Assembly (NCBI RefSeq): GCF_902713615.1
Contig: NC_052165.1
Location: 4,188,784-4,252,783, forward strand
Origin: Scyliorhinus canicula
Taxonomy: Eukaryota
Length of the DNA: 64,000 nt
Direction: 5' to 3'
A model generated the notes under the pieces. The model made no database searches, had not been told where the DNA came from, and worked only from the letters and a program-made list of their open reading frames with translations. Each line of letters starts with the position of its first letter. Within the stretch, counting starts at the first letter, position 1. A program made the position numbers and the translations under genes. Below, one piece after another: positions 13,165-25,848 of the stretch.

Positions 13165-14170
13165 GGATTTGGGTTTATTGTCACGTGTATCGAGGTACAG
13201 TGAAAAGTATCATTCTGCGTACAGTCCAGACAGATTGTTCCATGTATGAATAAACGTAGGACATATGATAGATAGACAATAGACATAGACATAGGGTGAA
13301 GACATGGAGTGTAGTCCTATTCAGTGGAGAAGATGCATGGAGAGATCAGTTCAGTCCATAAGAGGGCCATTCAGGAGTTTGGTAACAATGGGGAAGAAGC
13401 TGTTTTTGAATGTTCGTGTTCTCAGACTTTTGTATCTCCTGCCTGATGGACGAGGTTGGAATAGAGAATAACCCAAGTGGGAGGAGTCTTTGATTATGCT
13501 GCCCGCTTCCTCAAGGCAGCGGAAGGTGTAGACAGAGCCAATGGATGGGAGGTGGTTTTGCATGATGCACTGGGCGGTGTTCATGACTCGCTGTAGTTTC
13601 TTGCAGTCTTGGGCCGAGCAGTTCCCGTACCAGGCTGTGATGCAGCTAGATAGCATGCTTTTTATGGTACATCTGTAAAAATTGGTAAGAGTCAATGTGG
13701 ACATGCCAAATGTTTCCTGAGGAAGTATAGGCACTGTTGTGCTTTCTTGGTCGTAGCGTCGATATGGGTGGGTCAGGACAGATTGTTCGTGATGTGCACA
13801 CAAGGAATTTGAAGCTGTCAACCATCTCCACCTCAGCACCATTGATGCAGACAGGGGCGATACTTTGCTTCCTGAAGTCTATCATCAACTCCTTAGTTTT
13901 TTTCTGATGTTGAGGGAGAGATTGTTGTTACACCATACCACTAGGTTCTCTATCTTCCTCCTGTACTCTGACTCATTGTTGTTCAAGATCCGACCCACTA
14001 CGGTCATGTCATCAGCAAATTTGTAAGTGGAGATGGAGCCAAATTTTGCCCCACAGTCCTGTGTGTGTATGGGGAGTATATAGCTTTGCGGGGCCCCAGT
14101 CTTGAGGACTATAGTGGAACTGTTATTATTTTTGCTTACTGATTGTTGACTATGGGTCAGGAAGTCGAGG
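13165..14170 (-). mobile_element. Rex1/Babar-like LINE 3' fragment
   Basis: Peptides MIDFRKQ, VEMVDSFKFL, LTNFYRCTIKSMLSSCITAWYGNC, SGRRYKSLRTRT..FKNSFFP, typical of the Rex1-type RT C-terminus; tail GACAATAAAC on - strand. Confidence 0.7.
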
Positions 14171-14359
14171 ATTCTTTCCCTTTCTATTTTTTATTTCTAC
14201 CCAGACTGATTCCACGTCTTTATCTCTAGTGCCAATATCATTTCTCACAACAACACTCGTCCCTTCCTTTACCAGCAAAGCTACACTATCTACTTTTCCT
14301 TTCTGTCTATTCTCACTCATTCAACTCATTCAACTCCCAGACCCGGTCACCTTGTAACC

Positions 14360-14561
14360 TGTACTGCTCCTGTAATATCGTTATTGTAAATAAATATTGG
14401 TGTGGTGACGGAACTTCTGCCTCCCGTGGATTACCACAGTGGCGACGAGGTAAACTACAAATTTTGCGGAGACCAGCTGCCGCACTCGGAGGGTAAGCCT
14501 TGCCATTTTAAAAATGCCGTTTTTTGGGAGGTTAGAGGCATTCGACCCGGCTATTGAGGAC
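14360..14561 (+). mobile_element. Gypsy (Mag-like) relic: LTR end, tRNA-Ser PBS and gag start
   Basis: AATAAA, LTR end ...ACCACA (14438), PBS TGGCGACGAGG (14440-14450), ATG at 14514 reading MPFFGRLEAFDPAIED. Confidence 0.6.
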
Positions 14562-15511
14562 AAACTGGAGACAGAGGGTAGTAATCCACAGATTATTACC
14601 TTGTGGTTCCGCCTTTTAATTTAGCACGTTTATATTCTGTCCGCATTCTACCTAAATCGTTGGTACCTTAATGGACCACAACTGGATCTTTCCCCTCCCA
14701 CTCCCAAGTTCCTTTGCAGCCCGGATGAGATATCCTTAGCCCTGGCATCAGGTAGGCAATACAGCCAACGGGACTCTGACTCCTGGCTACAGAGAACAGT
14801 GTCTACTCACCGAACTATACCATGTCCGACTACGACTATATTGCTCTTTTCTCCCCCCAATTGAATGACTACCTGTACCATGGTGCTATGATCAGTTTGC
14901 TCAGCCTCCCTACAGTCCCTGCTCTTCTCCACACAGGGAGCAAGACTCTCGAACCTGTTGACCAAGGGGAGGGGCTGAGGCTCCTGCAGTGCTACCTCCT
15001 GGATCCCTCTACCTACCTCACTCATAGTGTTACGGCACGCTGGCTATTGTGTGGTTGATTCCAGCCCCACAGACCCTGGAGATCCAACACGTGAATTAAC
15101 CAATAATTCATATCAAATTTGCAGACCCTTTGGCCCTTGATCGCACAATACGTTATAGCCACCAGGTTTGTAAGTTGAACACAAATAATGTTTATTAAAA
15201 CAGAAATAAAGATGAAAACTGCAGTGGTTAGAATGGAACACAGCAAGCAAACCTACAATCCCCCTTTTGACCATCCCACCCTCTACCCCCCCACCCCCCC
15301 TCCGCCCCCAACACAAACAGAGAGGGAGGGAGGGGAAGTGTAAAATAATAGTGATTAAGATGAAAAAAGATAGATGAGAGTCCTTGCTTCTGATGTTGAA
15401 GTCTTTGCAGCAGGTTGTCCTCCCAAGATGCTGAGTGACTAAAGCTACTGGTGTAGTGTGATGATCTTCTTGCAGAAGCATTCAGTCAGTACTCCCAGAC
15501 AATAGGGTTTC

Positions 15512-15975
15512 AAAGAACAAAGCAGCACAGGAACAGGCTCTTCGGCCCTCCAAGCCGGTACCGGTCACGATACCAACCTTTGCCAAAATCCTCAGCACTT
15601 CCTTTTGCCGTATCCCTCTATACCCATTCTATCCATGTGTTTGTCAAGATGCCTTTTGAACGCCGTTAATGTATCTGCTTTCACAACTTCCCCTGGCAGC
15701 GCATTCCAGGCACTCACCACTCTGTGTAAAAGACCTGCCTCGTACATCTCTAAACTTTGCTCCACGGACCTTAGACCTATCTCCCCTGGTGACTGCCCCC
15801 TCCACCCTGGGAAAGAGTGCCTGCCTATCCACTCTATTCATGCCCATCATAATCTTGTAGACATCTATCAGGTCACCCCTCAACCTCAGTCTTTATCATG
15901 AAAACAGTCCGAGTCTATTCAGCCTCGCCACATAGCTAACACCCTCCAGACCAGGCAACATCCTGGTAAACCTCC
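15512..15975 (-). mobile_element. CR1 LINE 3' fragment
   Basis: Peptide RGDLIDVYKIM..VDRQALFPRV on - strand plus CR1-type tail. Confidence 0.75.
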
Positions 15976-16147
15976 TAATAATAATAGTAATAATCGCTTA
16001 TGGTCACAAGTAGGCTTCAATGAAGTTACTGTGAAAAGCCCCTAGTCGCCACATTCCGGCACCTGTTCGGGGAGGCCAGTGCGGGAATTGAACCCGTGCT
16101 GCTGGCATTGTTCTGCATTACAAGCCAGTTGTTTAGCCCTCTGTGCT

Positions 16148-16545
16148 GGAGCAGAGAAGACTGAGGGGTGACCTAATCGAGGTGTACAAGATTATGAGGG
16201 GCATGGACAGGGTGGATAGGGAGCAGCTGTTCCCCTTAATTGAAGGGTCAGTTACATGGCGACACAAGTTCAAGGTGACAGGCAGGAGGTTGAGGCGATA
16301 GTTGAGGTTAAACCTTTTTACCCAGAGGGTGGTGAAGGTCTGGAATACACTGCCTGGGAGGGTGGTAGAGACTGGTTGCCTCACATCCTTTAAAAAATAC
16401 CTGGATGAGCAATTGGCATGTCTTAATATTTGAGGCTATGGGCCAAGTGGTGCCAAATGGGATTAGGTGGGCAAATCCAGTATCTGTCGTGTGTTGGTGC
16501 AGACTCGATGGGCTGACAGGCCTCTTCTGCACTGTATTATTCCGT
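16148..16545 (+). mobile_element. CR1 LINE 3' fragment
   Basis: EQRRLRGDLIEVYKIMRG..FTQRVVKVWNTLP and tail GATGGGCTGACAGGCCTCTTCTGCACTGTA. Confidence 0.75.
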
Positions 16546-18084
16546 GATATTACACGGGCGTGTTCACTCCATATTGCAGGACTGTTACTGCTTATATCCC
16601 AGCCTTCTGGCCTTGGTGTCTTCATGTCCCCACTGCTACTCACTTTTCACCTGCTCTTCTAGGTGCTGCTCACTGCCTCCAGGCCCTCTTTTCACCTTCC
16701 AAGCTGAAAGTACTCTTTCCCTTTCAGACACTCACAGTACTTTGTCTCCATATCCGCTCTCTGTGCACTCCACACCCTCTCTGTTTTGGGCTTTCCCCAA
16801 AGGTAACTTGAATTTGATTTCTCCTTTGGTTGAATTCTTTGGAAAAAAAATAATAAATTGTGCCTTTATCGATTTTATCGAATTTTAGAGAGGATTGGAC
16901 TTTTATACTGTACAATGAAATAGTATAAATACGTTGGAATTCATCGAAATGTAGTAATTTGTATAAATCACTTGGTCTTGTCAAATAACTAGAAATCTGT
17001 AGTAACAGGAAATGGACAGCAATGTGATTTTAGCTATGATGGTTGGGAGTACTGATTAGTCAATCATATATCTATGATTCTGAATTAATTGTGGAGTTAA
17101 AATCTAACGTTGCATCGTCATTTTCCTTTTTTTCAACATTATCCTTCTAATGAAGGCAGTATCTCATACTGGAGTACAGCTCCACCGGTCACCCTCCAGT
17201 TGCTGCCCAAATGTCATTCTTCCACTTGGTCAGCTACTCAAACAGGGAAGGCATGAGATCACTCCAGATGTTGTTCAATTTCACGTGCACACATGCAGAC
17301 ACATTAGTTTACTAGTCACTCGGAAGCTGCCAGGAACGAGAACCTCATTTACTCCACATCTCAGTGTATTGAGGTCAAGGAAGGAGAAACGTTATCCCAC
17401 CATCCCTCCCCATCCATAACAATTGCTAGCTCAACAGTCGGTTAACAGCAAAACTTCTGGTGGCTGTTCTGTTGATGTTTCTTTCACCTACCTCTAATGT
17501 TAGTCTGTTGGAGAGTGCTCCATCTAGAGGTCATCATTTATAATCACCAGGAGCATATATCACGGCCCGACACACATTGGCAGATGAAGTTAATATGTTT
17601 TGAGCATATAGGATTGGAGTTCAATGATTTAAAGCTGAACCAGCTGGCTGTTTTCAGTTGTTCATGTACTGCTGATTGCTAGGTAGCAAGAGGAAACAAA
17701 GATCATTAATTACTTCAGAATTTTGCTAATTTATGTAGATTATCAGAAAATGGGGATTATTACATAATGAAGGAATCCATTCTTGCATGTAGCAATACCT
17801 GGACATTCACAAAGGCCCACCTTCTCAACCTTGCCCCTCGCCTGAGGTGTGGTGATCCCCAGGTTAAATCACCACCAGTCAGCTCTCCCCCTTCAAAGGG
17901 AATGAATTGATTACTGACCAGTTCATCTCCTCTGCTATTGGTACCTTGAAGAGGCACTGTGGACCCTTAAAAGGACGTGGGTTAACCAGCCGTTTGCTTG
18001 GTATCATCTCACAGTCCCTACTGCCTTGACCAACTGATGCCATTCTATCATGTGTATGTTTTTATTCAAAGCAGCCATTTTTCT

Positions 18085-18271
18085 GGGAAATATTTGCCTA
18101 CAGGTACTGGGGTAGATCCCTGCCTGCTGGCTCCGCCCACTAGGCAGAGTATAAATATGTGCTCCCGTTACAGCAGCCATTTCGTCACCTGCTGTCGGAG
18201 GCCACACATCTCAGTGTAATAAAGCCTCGATTACATCCTACTCTCGTCTTTGCGTAATTGATAGTCTATCA
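18085..18271 (+). mobile_element. Probable partial solo LTR related to the Gypsy element at 47120
   Basis: GC-rich element then TATAAA, AATAAA, and end AATTGATAGTCTATCA resembling AATTGATGGTACATCA; 5' boundary and TSD not resolved. Confidence 0.4.
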
Positions 18272-18799
18272 GTACATCTCCTCTAAACCTTGCCCCCTAG
18301 TAATTGACCCCTCTACTCTGGGGAAAAAGTCTCTGACTATCCATTCTGCCTATGCCCCTCATAATTTTGTAGACCTCTATCTGGTCGCCCCTCAACCTCC
18401 TTCGTTCCTCCTTTGGTGGGCCGAAGGGCTTGTTCCAGTGCTGTACTTTTCTTTGTTGTTTGTTCTATTATTATATAGTTAAGTCCAGCTCTCAAACTGG
18501 GTGCAAAGTTCTACCATGTTATGGTCACTGTTTCCTCGGGGATCATTCACTCTGAAATTATTAAACCTGCCTCAGTACACAGTACTGATCGAAAATATAC
18601 TGGTTGGATACACAATTGTTTTAGGAAACTGTTGTGAAACGCTGTATGAATTTTCCCCCTGAATATTTAGTTCCCAGCTTTGATCTCACAGTGACTGATT
18701 CTCTTTTATCTATTCCTCAAAAACAACTTCAAGAGGTTTGTGAGGAGCCCCACAGCAAACTCTGGGCTGGTGTCCAGTGGCTGAGAGGCTAACAGGTCC

Positions 18800-19014
18800 C
18801 ATGGGGGCGGGACTGGGCGCAGCATGATGACGTTTCCCGGCGCAGGGCGATGACACGCTCGCATGCGCATTGGGAGTGTTGTTTGTTTTCATCCGGTGGC
18901 GCCGAGCGTTCCGGACAAGGCCCGAAGCCGGGGCCTCGCCTGCCGCCGCCGACCGGGGCCCGAAGACGGAGGGAGCGGGGATTCGGGCTGTGAGAGGCGC
19001 CCGGGCGGCCCAGT
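18800..19014 (+). promoter_or_regulatory. CREBL2: CpG-island promoter / 5' UTR of CREBL2
   Basis: CpG-rich; GC box 18803-18812, CRE half-site TGACG 18828-18832, NRF1-like CGCATGCGCA 18860-18869, inverted CCAAT 18869-18873, directly upstream of the exon-1 ATG. Confidence 0.7.
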
Positions 19015-19029
19015 ATGGACGACAGTAAA
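19015..19029 (+). CDS. CREBL2: CREBL2 coding exon 1 (MDDSK)
   Basis: ATG GAC GAC AGT AAA followed by GTGAGT donor; matches the CREBL2 N-terminus and joins exon 2 in phase 0. Confidence 0.93.
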
Positions 19030-19084
19030 GTGAGTGTGCGGTCCGGAGCCCGGATAGCAGCGGCCTGAGCTCGGGGAGGCCGCC

Positions 19085-21132
19085 CCGGGCACCTTCCCTC
19101 TCCCTCCCGGACACCCCCCCTCCCCTCCCGGACACCCCCCCTCCCCTCCCGGACACCCCCCCTCCCCTCCCGGACACCCCCCCTCCCGGACACCTCCCCC
19201 CCCCCCCTCCCGGACACCTCCCCCCCCCCCTCCCGGACACCTCCCCCCCCCCCCTCCCGGACACCTCCCCCCCCCCCCCCTCCCGGACACCTCCCCCCCC
19301 CCCCTCCCGGACACCTCCCCCCCCCCCCCCCTCCCGGACACCTCCCCCCCCCCCCCTCCCGGACACCTCCCCCCCCCCCCTCCCGGACACCTCCCCCCCC
19401 CCCCCTCCCGGACACCTCCCCCCCCCCTCCCGGACACCTCCCCCCCCCCCCTCCCGGACACCTCCCCCCCCCCCCCCCCCCCCGGACACCTCCCCCCCCC
19501 CCCCCCCGGACACCTCCCCCCCCCCCCCCCCTCCCGGACACCTCCCCCCCCCCTCCCGGACACCTCCCCCCCCCCCTCCCGGACACCTCCCCCCCCCCTC
19601 CCGGACACCTCCCCCTCCCGGACACCTCCCCCCCCCTCCCGGACACCTCCCCCCCCCCCTCCCGGACACCTCCCCCCCCCCCTCCCGGACACCTCCCCCC
19701 CCCCTCCCGGACACCTCCCCCCCCCCTCCCGGACACCTCCCCCCCCCCCTCCCGGACACCTCCCCCCCCCCCTCCCGGACACCTCCCCCCCCCCCTCCCG
19801 GACACCTCCCCCCCCCCCTCCCGGACACCTCCCCCCCCCCCCTCCCGGACACCTCCCCCCCCCCCCTCCCGGACACCTCCCCCCCCCCCCTCCCGGACAC
19901 CTCCCCCCCCCCCCTCCCGGACACCTCCCCCCCCTCCCGGACACCTCCCCCCCCCCCCTCCCGGACACCTCCCCCCCCCCCCTCCCGACACCTCCCCCCC
20001 CCCCCCTCCCGGACACCTCCCCCCCCCCCCCCCCTCCCGGACACCTCCCCCCCTCCCGGACACCGCCCCCCCCCCCCCTCCCGGACACCTCCCCCCCCCC
20101 CCCCTCCCGGACAACCTCCCCCCCCCCCCCCCTCCCGGACACCTCCCCCCCCCTCCCGGACACCTCCCCCCCCCCCTCCCGGACACCTCCCCCCCCCCCT
20201 CCCGGACAACCTCCCCCCCCCCCCCCCGGACACCTCCCCCCCCCCCCTCCCGGACACCTCCCCCCCCCCTCCCGGACACCTTCCCCCCCCCCCTCCCGGA
20301 CACCTCCCCCCCCCCCCCCCCCCCTCCCGGACACCTCCCCCCCCCCCCCCTCCCGGACACCTCCCCCCCCCCCCCTCCCGGACACCTCCCCCCCCCCCTC
20401 CGGACACCTCCCCCCCCCCTCCCGGACACCTCCCCCCCCCCCCTCCCGGACACCTCCCCCCCCCCCCCCTCCCGGACACCTCCCCCCCCCCCCCCCCCCC
20501 CTCCCGGACACCTCCCCATCCCTCCCGGACACCTCCCCATCCCTCCCGGACACCTCCCCTCCCGGACACCTCCCCCCCCCCCCTCCCGGACACCTCCCCC
20601 CCCCCCCTCCCGGACACCTCCCCCCCCCCCCTCCCGGACACCTCCCCCCCCCCCTCCCGGACACCTTCTCCCCCCCCCCCCGACACCTTCTCCCCCCCCC
20701 CCCGACCCACCTTCCCCCCCCCCCACACCACCCCCCCCCCCCGACACCTTCCCCCCCGACACCTTCTCCCCCCCCCACACCTTCTCCCCCCCCCGACCCT
20801 TCTCCCCCCCCGACACCTCTCCCCCCCCCCCGACACCTTCTCCCCCCCCCCCTTCTCCCCCCCCCGACACCTTCTCCCCCCCCCCCCCCCCGACACCTTC
20901 CCCCCCCCCCCGACACCTTCTCCCCCCCCCCCCGACACCTTCTCCCCCCCCCCCCCCGACACCTTCTCCCCCCCCCCCCGACACCTCTCTCCCCCCCCCC
21001 CGACACCCTTCTCCCCCCCCCCACACCTTCTCCCCCCCCCCGACACCTTCTCCCCCCCCCCGACACCTTCCCCCCCCCCCCCCCGCACCTTCTCCCCCCC
21101 CCACACCTTCTCCCCCCCCCCCCGACACCTTC
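19085..21132. repeat. C-rich minisatellite (CCGGACACCT-Cn-TC) in CREBL2 intron 1, ending at assembly gap 21134-21138
   Basis: Direct tandem units with variable C-runs; NNNNN at the right edge. Confidence 0.95.
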
Positions 21133-21745
21133 ANNNNNATTCCTGGGCACCCCCTGCCCAACTGACCCCACCCCTGGGAACACTCTCCCAGAGCATGAGC
21201 ACCTCCCCCCCCCCCCCAAGACTCTGGGCCCCACTGACCCTAGGTACCCCCCTCCCTAACTGGACCCTCAACCACCAGCCCCAGACTTTGGGCCCCACTG
21301 ACCCTGGGCAGCCCCCCACCACCACCCCCCCCCCCCCTCCCAAACTAGACCCTGGGCACCCACCCCCGAACCTGGGCATCCTGTCCACCTCATTTTTTGT
21401 AACAAGTCTCCTTTGGTGATGTAATAATTTCATACTAACACTTCTACAATAATTGCATTTAGTGAAGAAGATATAGGATTTGTTTAAAGGCTGTAGCATT
21501 ATTTCATCCTCTATTGAATAACTTGAATGAGTCTGGATCTTTAAATAATTTTGTGCTGTGAGCTAATTTCATAATTTTTATTGTCACAAGTATGAAGTTA
21601 CTGTGAAAAGCCCCAAGTCGCCACACTCCAGCGCCTGTCGGGTACACAGGGAGAATTCAGAATGTCCAAATCACCTGGATAAAATTGAAATCAAGTTGGA
21701 ATGGCATTTTAAGAAATATGATGCAATTGCGAGCAAAATAGTTCA

Positions 21746-22090
21746 TAGAACATAGAACAGTACAGCACAGAACAGGCCCTTCGGCCCTCAATGTTGTGCC
21801 GAGCCATGATCACCCTACTCAAACCCACGTATCCACCCTATACCCGTAACCCAACAACCCCCCCCTTAACCTTACTTTTTTATTAGAACACTACGGGCAA
21901 TTTAGCATGGCCAATCCACCTAACCCGCACATCTTTGGACTGTGGGAGGAAACCGGAGCACCCGGAGGAAACCCACGCACACAGGGGGAGGACGTGCAGA
22001 CTCCACACAGACAGTGACCCAGCCGGGAATCGAACCTGGGACCCTGGAGCTGTGAAGCATTTATGCTAACCACCATGCTACCCTGCTGCC
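21746..22090 (-). mobile_element. Full-length HE1-type SINE
   Basis: Head GGCAGCAGGGTAGCATGGTGG, B-box GGTTCGATTCCC, V-domain and (TTCTATG)n tail on - strand. Confidence 0.85.
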
Positions 22091-22865
22091 TTCATGTGGT
22101 AGTGTGACGTCTCTAGGCAGGCAGGAACCCTTCTTGTTTTGAGAAAGCGCAAGAGAGCAACTCACAGCTTCGTTGTCCAGGAGAGAGTTCTGTTTCCTTC
22201 CTGGGTCCTCTGAAAACGTCCCACCTGACCGAAGCCAATCCCTGACTGTCGTCGGGCAGAATACAGTCTTTGGCCACCAGACAACCAATCGAACCAAATC
22301 CCTCTGATCTCTCGGGTGCCATAAAGTCTGAGTTCTTCAGATCAAAATCTGAATCTCCAATAGCATATCTCCATTTTGCAACTTTTGAGTTCCTCACTTC
22401 CTTTGCTCAAGTTAAAGGTAAGCGTCCATTAAATATCCATGGATCAAAATGATAACCACAAAGTAACAAATGGGAATAAGGGAATCAACAGGAAGAGCCC
22501 CTTAACAAGAGTGTATGCAATTTCACCATATATCTTCAAAATACCATTCAGTATGAGAACTCTTTTAAAAAAAAATAGATGCCAAGAAAGTATGAATTGC
22601 AGATAGGGCATATGGGGGGGGAAGACTTGTATCAAAACGAGCAGACAAAGTAATGTTCAAAAATATCATGTCAAGTAAATCTGTTGTTTTAAATAGAGGG
22701 AACATGATTTTCACAACTTTCATGGGTGGGAGCTCATAGATCCTCTGACAAGCAAGTGAAAGGTATGATCAGCCTGATTCCCAATAGATAGAAAGGAGGA
22801 ATTGTTGAGCTGTAGAAGCAGGATAACACACTTTTCTTTCTCTCCTCAAACATTCCCTCCCTCAG

Positions 22866-23063
22866 GTGGTAGGCGGTAAAGTGAAGAAACCTGGAAAGCG
22901 CGGCCGGAAACCTGCTAAAATTGATTTGAAAGCAAAGCTTGAGAGAAGTCGCCAGAGTGCCAGAGAATGTAGAGCAAGAAAAAAGCTGCGCTATCAGTAC
23001 TTGGAAGAGCTGGTATCCAGAAGAGAGAGAGCAATCTGTGCTCTGAGAGAGGAGCTAGAGATG
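22866..23063 (+). CDS. CREBL2: CREBL2 coding exon 2 (bZIP basic region and zipper start)
   Basis: CTCAG acceptor, 198 nt VVGGKVKKPGKRGRKPAKIDLKAKLERSRQSARECRARKKLRYQYLEELVSRRERAICALREELEM, GTATGT donor. Confidence 0.97.
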
Positions 23064-23236
23064 GTATGTGAAAATATTGAATTACGATGCAGGACAGCAG
23101 ACTATAAAGAAACATAGTTTGCATCTGGTGGACATTCTTCACATTGTGCTACTGAAATGTAAAGTTGTTTAGACTTTAAATATATTCTTTAAACTTCTAC
23201 CATTTTCTTCAGGTCTGTTCACATTGATAAAAAATC

Positions 23237-23468
23237 TTTTTTTTAAATATAAATTTAGAGTACCCAATTCATTGTTTCCAATTAACGGGCAATTTAATGT
23301 GGCCAATCCACCTACCCTGCACATCTTTGGGTTGTGGGGGCGAAACCCACGCAGACACAGGGAGAATGTGCAAACTCCACAATGGACAGTGACCCAGAGC
23401 CGGGATCGAACCTGGGACCTCGGCGCCGTGAGGCAGCAGGGCTAACCCACTGCACCACTGTGCTGCCC
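23237..23468 (-). mobile_element. Short HE1-related SINE
   Basis: Head GGGCAGCACAGTGGTGCAGTGG, B-box and A-tail on - strand. Confidence 0.75.
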
Positions 23469-24275
23469 GATTTTAAAAATCTTTTTTGGTGACTGTTTCC
23501 GATTGTTGCTTCTGGGCTGCTTCCTTAAATGTAACATTTTGGTGCCTGGCTTGATATCTTCCTGGGCGAAATTCTCCCAAAAAATGATTAAATGTCATTT
23601 TGGGCAGGAATAACAAGGTGATTCCCTCGGAGTTTGTGCGATTCGCACATACATAGTCATTTATATTGGAGCAAGGGGAGATTCTCACAGAATGTTACCA
23701 CAGTTTCCCCCCCCCACACACACACACCCCTCGCAGACCTGGGCAACATCCTTTCAGGATCAGGGCGCCCCCTCGGGCCCCAACCTGGCACCCGGGCCGT
23801 TTCCGGTTGCCAGGGCGATGCCAGGGCATAGTCCTGCCATGCCCCCGACCTCCTGGAACCTCCAAAGCCCCTCTGGCATGGCCATCATGTCTGATTTCCG
23901 CTGGGGCCAGTTAGTGCACGGAGCCGGGAGACCCCACCTTGATTGGGCTGTGCATATTTATGAGTTTTAACATTTATTTAAATATGCTGCTTTGGACCAC
24001 GGCAGGTGCCGAGGGTTGGGAATATTGCAATCCGTTCAGCACGGTGCTGAAACCTGTTTTTGGACTCTCGCTATTCACCAGGAATAGCGAGATTGGCAAC
24101 GGACACAGCGTGGCCAGAAGCTTGCACTCCCTGTACCTTTGTTTACAAATTGTATTTGGAATGATTTAAAGAGATCCTGCAACTGGACTTTTTGGAAGCT
24201 CTAAAGTAGACGTGCAGTAGAATTTTGTTCTCTGGTTGTGCTTAAAGCCTACACTGGTGTCGTTTGATTTTTCAG

Positions 24276-24420
24276 TACAAGCAATGGTGCACAGCCATGG
24301 ATCAGGGGAAGATACCATCAGAAATAAAAGCTCTGCTAACAGGGGATGAACATAGCAAATCACAGCAGACTGTAAACAAACCAGGAAAAATAAAAACTGA
24401 AGGAAGTGTCAATCTGGCCT
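24276..24420 (+). CDS. CREBL2: CREBL2 coding exon 3
   Basis: TTTTTCAG acceptor, 145 nt YKQWCTAMDQGKIPSEIKALLTGDEHSKSQQTVNKPGKIKTEGSVNLA+T, GTAAGT donor; not in the ORF track. Confidence 0.95.
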
Positions 24421-25415
24421 GTAAGTATTTGTTGCACTAATCCTAATAAACATATTAGACTAGTAATGTCACAAGTCTATTCGATTAAGTGTTGGCCATG
24501 AATCCATAGTTGTAGTCTTGCCTCAGACTCTGAGGTTTGAGTCCCTGAGTCTTGTTCCGGAGAGTTGAATGCAAAATTGAAATCAGCTGGCAGTTTGCTG
24601 CATTGAGGTGATACAGTAACCGAGGCAGGGCCCCTGCAGAAGTTTGCACGTTCTCCCCACACAACACAAAGATGTGCAGGGTAGGTGGATCGGACAGGCT
24701 AAATTGCCCTTTAATTGGGGGAAAAAAAGATATGGGTACTCCGAATTAAAAAATAGAGAACTGGAATCACTACCGGGCTATAGAATGCCTGAACCAAAGA
24801 ATCGACTACTGGAATTGACCTGTAACGACTGTAACATGTCATCTTCTGCTCTCAACTCAAGGACTGTTCCATTTAATGTTTTATTGATATTTACTTACGA
24901 TTGGACTCTATTTTTCTAATCCATATGAATGTAGAGTGTTTTACTATTTCTCTTTGCCTTGATAGTTACTAATAAAGTTACTCTATCTTAACTCCAGCCT
25001 GGTTAAATTGGCTCCTTGTTAAACATAACTATTGGGTCTGTATGTCCCATCAACTGTTTTATAATTTGATTAATTACTGCCTCCTCCGAACCATGCTGGT
25101 AAATCTAAATCTGGCCACTCCAAAATCTATCAATAGTTAGTTGTATTTATCCTTTATCACCATTTCAAAGTCCTATATACAGAAGTACCTTGACCAGAGT
25201 AAATTACTGCTGAAATAAAATATATACACTGGCTGTTGAGGTTATTTTCACTTGTCTCTGGCATGACCCCTAGTAACATGTGCTACTGGTTTGTGAGATC
25301 ATGCCCGATGTATTGTGGAAGCTCTTCCATGTCACTTATTTCCTAATGAGTAATGGTAATAAATTTAATATTTGCACTGTTTACTGATAATACTTGTATT
25401 TTGTTTTAATTACAG

Positions 25416-25700
25416 AGGAGCTCTGACCTTCTGTTACACAGAAATGATCAAGACAAAGTCGGTCCTTGTTAGTGGAAACTGTATTGTGAAATACTGGAGA
25501 CTAACCATTGAAAGAAACTAAAATATTATCAACTGCATTCTTTGACAAAGTTCAAGACATTACATTCTTTAGCAAATGTAGAATAGTATTTTATGCTGTA
25601 CATCTGTAAGTAATGTAAATTGTTTGCTGGGCACTTTGCTATTTTTAAATTAAAAATTATAAAACAAAATAAAAATTGTGGCTTGAAAGGTTTTACCTCA
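25416..25700 (+). other. CREBL2: Candidate CREBL2 terminal exon (completes stop T|AG; 3' UTR, AATAAA 25668-25673)
   Basis: Polypyrimidine tract TTGTATTTTGTTTTAATTACAG; yields a 119-aa protein; 3' end uncertain. Confidence 0.6.
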
Positions 25701-25848
25701 CTACAAAATGTGTTTCTTGCTCCTCCTCCACACAAAGCTTGTCAGCTTGATGTGTTTATCGATGAGAGAAAGCAGATTGGGCCCTAAACTTTGCCGGGGT
25801 GGGTTGCCTTCAGAATCGATTGCCTTTGGGAGGTCAGCTGTCTGAACG

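Larger units (their letters stand above)
10790..15028 (-). mobile_element. Old, fragmented CR1 LINE (ORF2 pieces and ORF1 esterase-like piece) carrying nested inserts
   Basis: Minus-strand peptides SQHGFMKGKSCLT (11859-12095), EQWQTIREIFNSSQLKYIP (12646-12870), NRFESL..VVVGHGIVR (14807-15025). Confidence 0.65.

Noticed and set aside
18710-21234. Three 780-800 aa Gly-rich minus-strand ORFs
   Set aside because: Open in all frames only because the G-rich repeat lacks stops; variable G-runs scramble the frame, two of them cross an N gap, and they lie antisense in a CREBL2 intron.
22866-23117. 83-aa stand-alone bZIP ORF
   Set aside because: It is CREBL2 exon 2 reading into the intron after the donor at 23064.
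25730-25848. Possible left half of the old L1 resuming at 39098
   Set aside because: Only a weak 8-bp match (AAGCTTGT) and no convincing peptide continuity.
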